From assembly GCA_943704425.1 (NCBI GenBank), contig CALSCP010002434.1, positions 17,133-55,728 on the forward strand: a stretch of 38,596 bases of DNA, written 5' to 3'. Below are positions 11,871 through 22,891 of this stretch, one piece after another. The translations under genes were made by a program, and so were the position numbers. Every line of letters starts with the position of its first letter. The first letter of the stretch is position 1. The notes beneath the pieces are model-generated. The model did no database searches. It saw only the letters and a list, made by a program, of their open reading frames with translations, and had not been told where the DNA came from. The DNA comes from Ministeria vibrans ATCC 50519 (taxonomy: Eukaryota > Protista > Filasterea).

Positions 11871-12212
11871 CCATGTGTCTGTTTGCACATGTGCGTGTCT
11901 GTGATAGGAAGTGCGCACGTCTACTATGCTCGAGTATGGAGACCCTGAAGGATCTGGTGGAGACAGGTTAGGCACATTCTGTTCTCTGTTTCCCAATTCC
12001 CAAATTCATCTCCATCTATATATTTTTCCTGCAGTGCAATGGCGAAGACTGTGGGTGTTCCTTGTGGCGTAGCGACGCAAATGATTCTTGATGGCAAAAT
12101 CACGCGCGCGGGCGTGATTGCACCGCTCGACAAGGAGCTGTACGAGCCGCTCATTGCGGCACTCAAGGACCGCGGAATCGAACTCATTGAAGAAACAACG
12201 CCTCTTGAATAA
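10091..12212 (+). CDS. LYS9: Saccharopine dehydrogenase (glutamate-forming, saccharopine reductase), stand-alone, 9 exons
   Basis: KILLIGSGFVAPP; SLIPYTQH; MNEIGVDPGVDHLYAMK; SFCGGLPHP..NNPLGYKFSWSPRGVLLA; EGYPNRDSTPY; GERDMVLLQHKF; SAMAKTVGVPCGVA. Confidence 0.95.
11823..11868. repeat. (GT)n microsatellite in a LYS9 intron
   Basis: Perfect GT run. Similar (GA/CT)n tracts occur at ~10305-10340, 15615-15649, 16483-16520 and 31769-31782. Confidence 0.95.
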
Positions 12213-12276
12213 ACAAGAAAACAATTTGTCTTTCACTCATTCTCAATTATGGTCATACACACACTCTCCGTGTGTC

Positions 12277-15200
12277 TCACTCATCGTCGTCCGAGTCGAC
12301 TGTCGCCTTTGACTTGACGTGAGACTTCTTGCTGACACGCTGCGATCGTTCGTCGTCATCGTCCTCATCCCTCGCCTGCTCTTCGCGCTGGCGCTTGCGC
12401 TTCTTCCGCAGTTCCTTGGCTGCCTCCATGCGCTCCTTGTCTTCGCGCTCCTTGATCGACAGCGACGACTGTGCAGCGGCCGCCCGTCGCGCACTCCGAT
12501 CCAATGGTACATTGTCTTCTTCTTCGTCGTCGTCCGAGTCACCATCTTCCACCACTTCGTCGTCGCCTGCCACAAACCCTTCCATTTCACGCAAGCCCAG
12601 CTCCTCCTCGTGCAAATCAATGTCGTCCGCAATTTCATCGTCATCCAGACTCTCGCCCATGACACGTCCCCGACCTCCACTGGCTCCCCGCTGCACCTGC
12701 TTCTTCCGTCGCTCCTCATCTCGCTCGGCCTGTTCTCGCGACGCCTGCACTTGCGCTTCCAATCGCTTGCGGTTCTCCTCCTGAAACAATCGTGCCTTCT
12801 CGTCCAACTCCCGCTCGCGTTCAAGTCGCTTTGCTTCCTTCTCCCGCTCAAGCGCCGCCTTCTGCTCACGGTACGCCTGCATTTCCATCTCCTGCGCCAA
12901 AATGCGCTCACGGCGCTCGCGTTCCACCTGTTCTGCACGCTGCAGATGCGTTTCGCCCTGCGACAAAAAAGTATCCGTCTTGCTCGCCTCACCATTCACC
13001 ATTGCCTCCGGCAAGTACCGCCAGTCCTACCAAAATGCATATGGGTGTGTGAGAAATCAACACAATAGAATCAGAGGTTTCGACCCTATCTCACCTTGTG
13101 CTTAGCATGGTTTCCGCGCATCTCTTGCAGATCTTTGAAGGTTTTGAGCGCATAGCGAAGGTCAGCAACGGCCCCCTGCACCTGCTCAAGTGACTGGTTG
13201 TCCTTGAGCAGCACTGACATGCCCGAGTACTCCAGCGCCACTCCCAGATTGTACCGGGCGACAAGTGATGCCGGATACGCGTGCATCGCCTATTACAGAG
13301 TGTAAAGAAAGTAAATAAATTATGTCATGTTATACAATACGAAATAAGTGAGTTGGTCGAAAGTCTGTTGTGTTGCAAATAAACACAAAAAAGGAAGGAA
13401 GAGAAATAAAGTGATAAAAAGAGAGAGATAGCGAAACAAAGTGATTGACAAAGGAAAAACCAAAGTGAAAAACAAAGTGATAGAAAAAGTGATAAACAAA
13501 GTGACAGACAATAAAATTTTTCATAATACCTTCAAGAGCACTTTCTTACACGCGGAAAACTCCTCGGCCTTGAAAAGCGCTCGTGCATGTTGGTGCATCA
13601 GCTCAAGATCATGATTAAAATAGAACTTGCGCAGACACTTTTCATACTACGAGAAGCGCAATGAGACAGAAAAGAGAGAAGTAACAATGAATGATACCAT
13701 TTTGACGGCGTTGACATATTGGCCCTGAGCAACGTACGTGAGCGCAAGGTTGTTCCACACAGACGGAGAGTCGCCTGTTGCTTCACGAACCTATAGCACG
13801 CAGAGAGAAAAAGGAGGAAAAAAAGAGTGAGAGGAAGAAACAAGAAACAAAAAGAGAAGGTAGAGAGATGGAAACGTATTTGCCACAAGAAAACACTCTA
13901 TTGTTGGGTCACCTTGAGGAAAATAGAGCGCGCCTCGGCGATTTCACCCTGTTCGGCCAACACAGCTGCGGCTCCGTTGGCGGCAAAAATGTTCTTGGTG
14001 TCAGCGGAAAGGACGTCGGTGAAGCACTGGAGGGCCAGACGAAAGTTGCGCTCCTCCTTGACCTTGTCGTGAACGCTGCGCTTGGCAAGTTGCAGGTACA
14101 GGTTTCCCATGGAAAGCATGGCGTAAGGGTCTTTCTTGGAGCCCTTGGCCTGGGTCACCTGCTCGTATCGCTTGAGCGACCCCTGGATGTCACCACGGGC
14201 CAGCATCACAGTCGCCAAAAGCACCTCAGCGTCGGCACTGGTTTCGGGAGCAATCAGCTGAATTGCTTCCTCACACAGACTCTGAGCAAGCACCAGGTCG
14301 TCGCGGTTCATGGCAAGACGAGCAAGGCGCAAGCGAGCGTCTGTGTACGTTGGGTGGTCCGCCAAAAGGTCGCGAAAAAGTACTTCGGCGCGGTGCTTGT
14401 CACCCTCGTGGTCGCAAAGCAGCGCCATGTTGTAGCGCAAAGTAAGCTCCATTGCCTGCAGTGCCAACAGTGCCTCGCCCGTTACATCACCCGCACTGCT
14501 CACTAGCGTTGCTTGCGTCTGCTCAAAGGCCACGCGTGCGCCGGCAAAGTTGCCGAGTCGTTGCCGAAGAACCCCAATGTTGTTGCTGATTTCTGGGTAC
14601 ACTCGGATGCCCACCTGCTCCTCCAACACTGCTGCAGCCGCCTCGTACGCCTCAAGAGCCTTGTCCACTTTGCTGGTCCCCTCGTACAGCTGACCCAACT
14701 CAATCCATACCTCAAAATCGTCCGGGTACCTGAAAAGAGCAAAAGGAAATGAATGGAGTGTCGCAGAGGGGAAACGCGGAGTGTGTTAAAAAATATTTTT
14801 TGGCTTCGTACTTCTCGGTGACGCGTTGAAGATAACCAATGGCCTTGTCGCGAGCACCGGGGCGGTTGGCAAGAGAGGTAGAGCCATGGAGGGAACCAAG
14901 AATCTTCATGGCCTCGTAGCTGTCGGGGTCGGCGGCGACGACGCGCTCAAAGCACTCGACAGCCTTGGCATTGTCGCCCTTGCCAATGTACATTTGTCCG
15001 AGACCATAATGGGCACGCATAAGAAGCGGATCGTGTTGCACCGCAAACTGATACTTGTGAAACGCATCGTCAAAGTTGCCGCGAGCGTGGCAAAGACGCG
15101 CAAGTTGATAGCTTGCAAGCGCGCGAGCCTCGTCGCTACCGGCGCCACGCTCGAGGGCGTCCACGCTGACACGGTGAGCCAGATCATGTTTGCCGGCGAA

Positions 15201-15609
15201 GAAAAAGTGTTCGGCAAGGTACACGAGTACGTTGATGTTGTGCTTGTCGAGCTGGTGCGCTCGACGCAGCAGCTGCATCGCCTGCTGTGAGTTCTCGCCA
15301 CGTCGGCGATTCAGCTCAACAACGGCAAGCGCTGCGAGGGCATCCACATTCTCGGGGTCGAGCTGCAATGTACGCTCAAAGGCAAGACGCGCGCGCTCTT
15401 CGTCGCCCAATTGGAATAGGCACAGACCAATGCCAAACCGTACGACAGCAGGGCAATCTAAACAAAAGTATCAGTAGATATATATAAGCGTGTGTTGTGC
15501 GTGCGATATTTGTGTGTGAGGGAAAGGCTACATACTGGGATTGGTGCGAATGACGCTACGGTACTGACGGAGCGCCTCGGTATAATCCTTTTGCCTTGTA
15601 ACGATCAAG

Positions 15610-15652
<43 letters not shown>

Positions 15653-16480
15653 GTGTGAGGAGAACGAAACAAAGTGATAAGAAAGAGATCGAGATTTACA
15701 TGTAGGAGGCGCAAGCGCGTCCGAGCTTTGCAGGGATGTGTGCTTTGTTGCTGTTGAGGACCAGATCAAACTGTTGGATGGCGATGTCAATGTTGCCCTG
15801 GAGTGAAAAGCAAGTTAGTGCGTTTCGCTTGAGGCTGCCATGGCGACACAAAAGCAAACCTGCAAGAGACGGATGATGCCGCGGCCCACGCTGGTGAGCA
15901 GCATGTCGTCGCTGGTGTCGCGCTGTGTCGCTGAGTCGTTTCGGTTGTACTCGATGATCGCCTCCTCCAACAGCGTTTCACGCTCCGCCGACGACGCCTT
16001 GATCGCCAGGTTGACAAAATGCGCCCCAAGCGAGTTGTTGACCATCACCTTTTCCGATGGCGTCGCCCGGTCTGACCCACAAAAGCCAATTTGGGCATTT
16101 TTGAGACTCTTCGACTTCTTTTTCGCTTTTTTTTCGTTCCTTACCGGAAAGTTCGTTCTGTACGTGACGCAGGACCTTGACAAAGTCAGAATGACGCCCC
16201 ATATGGTAGTATATGAGCTGGAAGAGCGACGGGAGAGAGCGAGACGAATCAGCAAACGAGAAAAAAAAAGAAAGATTGCTTACAGCAATTTTCCTGTACA
16301 AGGGCACACCACTGCGGTGCATGGTCATGGCGACAAGGACATCGTGAAGTGCCGGAGCCGATTCGGACGCGAGGTCGACCGACCCGAAGTCGGGAACTGA
16401 AAGAGAGAACGCGATGAGACGCAGCACAGCGGGCGCGGACGCTTGGGCTGCAGCGGCGTACCTTCGACGGTGGATGCCAT
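12277..16480 (-). CDS. CTR9: Paf1 complex TPR subunit CTR9 (~12 exons)
   Basis: Multiple TPR exons; [93 protein letters not shown]. The C-terminus is coiled-coil and acidic/basic, ending SKATVDSDDDE. Confidence 0.92.
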
Positions 16481-16483
16481 GCG

Positions 16484-16514
<31 letters not shown>

Positions 16515-17281
16515 GAGAGCGAGCGAGCGAGGAACAAAGAAAGAAGACGGAAATTGATTGATATTTGATTATTATTAATTTGATAATTATTTGAATACTC
16601 GTCGTAATTAATATTATTTATTTTGATTATTTTGATTGATAAATATTCCGTGCGGGAATAGGGGAATAGGAAGAAAGAAAGAAACGGGTTCAATCATTTC
16701 GATTGTATGTATCGATGAGTGCAAAACTTACCTTTGTCTCACTCATGTCTGTTTGTTTTTATGGCTTTGCCGAATGTAATGAGTTCGAATCCAATCACAA
16801 TCAAAACAAAGGATAATCACTATCTACGACTCCATTCAACCAGCCACTTCAATTCGACGCATTTGCACATACACAAACAGAAACACTGACAAATTGTGTT
16901 TGAGATGTGACTGATTTGATCTACCAGTGCCTCGATTGACACTTTTTAGCCAGTCGCTTCTTATGTCTCTCTTGTTTACCCTCTGTTGCGTACTACCGCA
17001 GAGCGCATTGAACACGAATTACATGCTCAACAAAGCAACCGTCGTTCAGCCAAGAGTAAGCAATCCGCTCATAGAATCACCCACCCACTCCTGATGATTG
17101 GGTATCCCTCTCCTCGTCTCTAAAGTCCATCAAGGGGGTATACGACGATAGTTTCTCTGTCTCTTATCGCAACCCCAACTGATTGTGACACATCCGCGTC
17201 CGCTTGGATCCTCTCTCCCGTCTCAAACTGGAGAACGTGTCTCTGACAATAAAGCGAGTGGTTTTGTTGTGTTCGTTTCTG

Positions 17282-17958
17282 TTAACAGGCGGGCGACGAG
17301 GCTACGCGCGAGAAGAAGTACGTTGCCAGCGCTGCAGCAAGGTGGAACACGTCGACGCCGTCCAAGCCCACCTTGCGTGCAATCTTCGTCTTCAGTTTGT
17401 CGCCCACAGCAAACGCAAGGAGCCCCCCGAGGACGTTCTGGGAGGCGAGGCAGCCGTAGAAGGCGTCGTGTGCGGCAATGGCCAGGGCGGGCACAAGCGC
17501 CACCACAACGTACAGCTCCATCTCTTTGCGGCGGACGTTGCGGTTGAACTGGGTCGCAAACCCAACGGCCAGAATAAGCAAGGCAAGGAAGTGCCAGCGA
17601 AGGACGGCGAGCGTCGCCAGAGCGCAGTACGAGCGGGTGCTCACGACGCACGCCACCGCCGTGCACGCCACCGACGCCTCCGCCATGCGTGTCAGCGCCG
17701 AATGCACCCGCGCCACCTTCTGATTGCCGGTCCAGTACCACGCAGCGCCCGCCAGCTACGCAACAGACGCAGGCGGTTCGTTTCGTTGGTGTCGGTTGTT
17801 GTGCCGTTTCCTTTGTGGGTTCGTACCGCCGCTGAGCCGATGGACAGCGCAGGAATGTGCCACAGACGCTCTCTTAAGGTACCCGTCGATGTTTCGTACA
17901 GGACCCAGCAACCGACAACGAGAATAAGCTCACACACGACGTTGGACAGGCGAGCCAT
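17282..17958 (-). CDS. Small polytopic membrane protein, TMEM276/DUF6962-like (2 exons)
   Basis: Exon 1 MARLSNVVCELILVVG..IGSAA splices (GTACG..TAG) to LAGAAWYW..VHSAL and several hydrophobic helices, with a C-terminal GLDGVDVFHLAAALA. The family call rests only on topology and the DxFH motif. Confidence 0.6.
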
Positions 17959-18051
17959 GATTAACAACAAAACTGTGTGAAACTAGTTTTTGAATGAATA
18001 TCAATAATAATAATAATAATTATTATTATTTCAGATTTTCAGTTAATTCTC

Positions 18052-19655
18052 ATGCTAAACGTGATCAAAACAGGCCAATCGGCGGCGCAGCGACTGGTAG
18101 TGATTGGGTCGGGGTGGGCAGGACATGCGTGTTCGGTGTCGTTGGCGAAAAAGGTGGGTGGCGCTGCAGTCACAGTGATTTCGCCGCGCGATCACTTTCT
18201 CTTTACGCCTCTCCTCTGCTCGTGCGCCGTCGGAACGCTCGAGGTACACACAATGCGTGGCATGTTGATCGCCGACTAAGCACGCTCTCCGGCGCAGTTC
18301 CGGTCCATCATTGAGCCCGTGCGCTCCGTCCAGGGCGTCCAGTTCCTCCAGGCGTGCGCAGACCGCATTGACCTCGACGGACGGCGCATTGAGTGCACCA
18401 GCGTGCTGGACGGCCATCAGTTCAGCGTGCCGTACGACAAGCTTGCCATAGCGGTGGGTGCTGCGCCACAGACCTTCCAGACGCCCGGGATTGAGCACGT
18501 CCACTTCCTGAGAGACGTTGCCGAAGCGAGAGGTGAAGCAGCCAAGGACGCATTGGAGCGCTGACAAGGACGCTTTCTTTCATAGCCATTCGCAACCGCC
18601 TACTGCGCAATTTTGAGCTGTCTACTCAGCCCGGCTTGAGCGAAGAGGAGCGACGCCGTCTCACGCATGTTGTGGTGGTGGGCGGAGGACCGACGGGCGT
18701 CGAGTTTACGGGCGAGCTGCACGATTGGATCGTGCAAGATGTGGGGCGACTCTACCGTGACAGTGCGGCGTTTGCGCGAGTCACCTTGGCCGAGCCCAAC
18801 GAGCTGTTGGGCGCGTTTGATCCGCATATGAGAGCATTTGCAGCGCGGAAACTTGCGCGACGCACTGAGCTGACGGTGAAACGACAGTCAGTGGCGCGAG
18901 TGACAGAGAACTCGGTTGAGTTTGGGGATGGGTCGACAATTGATTGTGGATTGGTTGTGTGGTCGACGGTAAGAGAGACCAAAGAAAGAATGGAAGAAAG
19001 TAGAAATAGAGAAAGAAAAAAACACAGAGAGAGAGGGTGTGTGCTTGATTTGCGTGATTCGTGTCGTTACAGTGCTTGTAATTGTGTTTGTGCTCACAAT
19101 TGCGGTAGGGATTGACTCCGTGTGCGCTTGTACAATCTCTGTCGGTGGCCAAGGACGCACGTGGACGTGTACTCACCAACGACTGCCTTCAACTTATTGA
19201 CTATCCCGAGGTGTACGCCATTGGCGACTGTGCAGGTACCAATCAGTCAGTGTGTGTGTTTGTGTGCGGTGTGTTTCTCAGTCGAAGTTTTGTCAGGATA
19301 TGGTTCTCTTCCTGCGACTGCGGCAGTGGCTGAGCGCGAAGGGCGCTATGTTGCGCAGCACATGAGCTCGGCCTCCCATACGGCTCCGTTTTCGTTCAAG
19401 TCGTTGGGCATGATGGCCTACCTGGGCGGTTTCTCCGCTCTGGCCGAGGTCAAGCCTATCAAAGGGCGCTTCAAAGGCTTTGTCGCGTGGATCCTTTGGC
19501 GCAGTGCCTATCTGACCATGCTGGGCAACTGGCGCTCTCGCTTTCAGGTGCCCCTCGACTGGTTCAAGACATTTTGCTTTGGGCGCGATACGTCTCGTTT
19601 CGAAAGCGACCTCTGGTCTGCTGACTCTGCTCGTCCAAAGAAAACCCGCACTTAA
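18052..19655 (+). CDS. Type II (alternative) NADH:quinone oxidoreductase, 5 exons
   Basis: LVVIGSGWAG; ISPRDHFLFTPLL..VGTLEFRSIIEPVR; YDKLAIAVGA; VVVGGGPTGVEFTGEL; VYAIGDCA; LGMMAYLG; WILWRSAYLT..WRSRFQVPLDWFKTFCFGRD. Confidence 0.93.
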
Positions 19656-19770
19656 AGAAGGTCCATCAAGCCATGATGTTTACATCAACACAATGCGCAA
19701 TTGTACATACATATTCCTCTCTGGCCTCTCTTGAGTGTCCTAAATGAATACACTTGAAAAAATAATAATA

Positions 19771-19890
19771 ATAATTATTATTCATTCGCATAAAAAAGTT
19801 ATTTAAAAGTAAAAAAAACAAAATAATGCACAATTATAATTATTATTATTCATTCGCATAAAAAAGTTATTTAAAAGTCAAAAAAACAAA
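19771..19890. repeat. AT-rich ~58-bp tandem duplication between the NDH-2 and AAK1 genes
   Basis: ATTATTATTCATTCGCATAAAAAAGTTATTTAAAAGT(A/C)AAAAAAACAAAATAATGCAC occurs twice in tandem. Confidence 0.85.
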
Positions 19891-19943
19891 ATAATGCACT
19901 ATAAATTATAATTATTATTGTTTTTCTATAGTATTGATTATCC

Positions 19944-22828
19944 ATGTTCCGCAGTCGAGCCCGCGACAACGACGACGGCGCTAGTCGCGAAGCCGATGCG
20001 CTCATTGGGCGCGAAATCACTCTGAAAAAGGGAGTTTTTGTTCTCGAGTCGCTCATCGCGGAAGGTACGCGCTGGCCAGCCCCCCCCCTTCGGCTCCCCA
20101 CCCCGCCACGCCGTCTTTGGGCGCGTGTGATCTGCGCTGTGCATCCTCATCCGCTCTCTCTGTCGTATTCGGCCGATGCAACTCAGTCCATGACAAGTTC
20201 CTCCTTCCACACCACTGATACCACTTCCCTCGTGCGCCTCCTCCCATTTCAACACATCCCCGCTACCCCCGGCCATCGAATGGACCCCGCCCGTCCGCCG
20301 CCAGTCGCCCCCAACGGCCCCAGCGTTCCCATCTCAACCCACCGACTCTTTGACGTGTTTCCTTTGTCTTCTCTTAGGCGGCTTTGGCTATGTCTTTCGC
20401 GGCCGCTGTGCCGACGGGAGCCACTGTGCAGTCAAACGCATGGTGGTCACCGACGAAATCAAGAGCTCCGTTGAGCGAGAAATGCGGATTTTGGTAAAAT
20501 CAAAGACTGATTGAGCTACAAAGATAAAAAAAAAAGCTGATAATAATAAATAACTGCAATCGTTTGTTTCTGTGGGGTACGCAGGCCCACTCGCGCGCCA
20601 GCCGGCACATTATCAATCTTATCGACTGCGGGTTTCTTCCGCTGCGGGCGGGCGTCCACGAAGCCATCATTGCGACGGAACTGTGTCCTGGTACACTCCA
20701 GATCAAGATCAATGCACTATCTACTCACGTCGCTGACGCCTCTTGGGCTCCGTTGGATTTGCGCAGGGGGACACGTGCTGAAGCTGATGCAAGACCGCGA
20801 GGCACATCATCAGCGCTTTAAGGAGAGCGAAGTGCTGCGCATCTTGAGCGATGTGACACTTGGAGTCTGTTACCTGCACACCATGAATCCTCCCATTGTA
20901 AACCACTTTTTCGTCGTCACACGAACGATCGTCTCTCACCAATCGTCCTCTCCATTCAGATCCACCGCGACCTTAAAGCGGAGAATGTGCTTTTGGTGCG
21001 CGGAGGAGGCTTTAAGCTGTGCGACATGGGAAGTGCTATGGTTGGTGAGATGCATGTGGACGGCGACACGCGTTACCGTGTCGAGGACGACATTGCCAAG
21101 AACACCACCATGCGCTACCGCAGCCCCGAAATGGTTGATCTCTATTCGGGCAAGACTATTGGACGCAAGTCTGATGTGTGGGTAAGAGCCGAGAGAGCGA
21201 GAGAGTGAGGGCTTCCCCTAACCTTACCGAGACATGAACTTTACGATTGTATTCAGACGTTTAACACATACTCAAGCAGCTTATTTCCTCTAACCCTTAC
21301 CCTAATCCCAATGGGATATTACAATCAATTTTTTTTAGGCATTAGGGTGTCTGTTATATCTATTGTGTTACTTTGACATGCCCTTTGAAGAGAGTTCTCT
21401 GGCCATCATCAACGGAAAGTATCGCATCCCCGAAACAAACACATTCTCACAAGGAATTCTCGACCTACTCCGTAAGCACACAAAAGCCCACTCATTCCAC
21501 TTTCGACTACCATCACTTCACTGTACATGTTTCATCTCACGCCCGCTCTTCTTTCAATTCCTTCTCTCCTTCTCTCCTATTAGGCGTTACTTTACAAGTG
21601 GACAGTGACCTGCGTGTCAATGCCTTTCATGTCGCTCAGCGCATCTTCCAACTTCGCGGCAAACCCTGTCCTGTCAAAGTAATGATATTCTCATTCGACG
21701 TGGCATTTTTTTTGACTGATTGTATAGGCGAGTGAACCTGAGCCAGTGAGTGAAGCACAAAAGCCAAAGAAGAAGTTTTCTTCACCACCACCAAGAAGAG
21801 CCAACGCGCCCACACAACAACAACAACAACAGCAGCAGCAGCAACAGCGCACGCCACAACACCACCAACAGCCACAGCCGAAGCCGCAGGCTCCCGTTGA
21901 ACCCGCACAGGCTCGCCGTGCCCGCCCTCATGCTCATCACGCCCACCCCCCCTCACTCGCTTCCCCCACTTCCACTACTACTCCCCTTCCTACTACTGTT
22001 GCTTCATCTTCTTTTCCCATTGACCCCTTTGCTCCTCCCCCATCTGCTACTTCGACTCGCACTACCACCACTGCGGACCCCTTTGACACTGACCCCTGGG
22101 GCACCCCTGCAGCTTCCACCACCACTTCTTCGCTTTTTGGTGGGGTGACTGCTTCCGCCACTGGTTCGTCGCCCTTTGACGACATGCCCTCTTTTGACAC
22201 CGTTGCTGCCAGTGCCACTGCTGAAGACCTCGTGGATGTGTCCGATCCAAGTGTCAGCCATCCATGCACAGATGATGCCTTCCCCCTGGGCACTCCTGCG
22301 CGCGCCCACTCACCGGTCTTTGACAACCCTGATGAAGACGATGATGACATGTGCAGCAACAGTAGCTATGACTCGGACGGCGACTGCCACCAAAACGCAG
22401 AGGACATTGAGCGTCAGTTCTACAATGCGCTTGCTCTCGACGGATCCGCTCCGTCTGCAGACCCCACAGACGCTCTGCCTTCCCATCATCATCACCATCA
22501 TCACCGTCATCATGGCAAGCACCACTCGTCCTCTCATGCCAGTGGGCTCCCTGCAACCAACACTGCTGTATTGACACGCGCTTCGCGACGTCTTTCAGCT
22601 CTCGTGTTCGACGCAGATGACCCCGAGCATGGTGCTGGTGCCGGCGACCCCTTTCAGGCCATGGGCGACTTTGGTCGCGACGACGCCCCTCCTGCCCTGG
22701 AAGAGGCCGATGAAGATGAGAAAAATACTGCTGACGCGGCCCTTGGCAGTGGCGATTCTGCTGCTTTGGCTGCGTGCGACGCGTCTCCCTTTGAGTCAGA
22801 TTGGGACTTCAATCAAGATCATCAATGA
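19944..22828 (+). CDS. AAK1: Numb-associated kinase (AAK1/BMP2K/Ark1-Prk1 family), 8 exons
   Basis: LIAEGGFGYVF; AVKRM; TELCPGGHVLKLM; IHRDLKAENVL; KLCDMGSA; NTTMRYRSPEMVDLY..KSDVWALGCLLY..YF..PFEES. The Q/P-rich tail carries DPF/DPW AP-2-binding motifs. Confidence 0.92.
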
Positions 22829-22891
22829 AAAAACTAAAAGAAAACAATTTTTTCTTCGTACTTTCCCCCTCCACTCTAATTGCCTACACTT

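Noticed and set aside
16781-16792. tRNA gene suggested by a B-box-like GAGTTCGAATCC
   Set aside because: There is no cloverleaf, acceptor stem or properly spaced A-box. At most it is an isolated TFIIIC-like site.
18003-18030. (AAT)n(TAT)n palindrome as a specific regulatory hairpin, also seen at ~4683 and ~19765
   Set aside because: It is low-complexity AT sequence common in these intergenic regions and cannot be distinguished from slippage.
21216-21310. Telomere-like CCCTAA words in an AAK1 intron
   Set aside because: There are only 2-3 scattered degenerate units, which also resemble branch-point CTAAC/CTAAT sequences.
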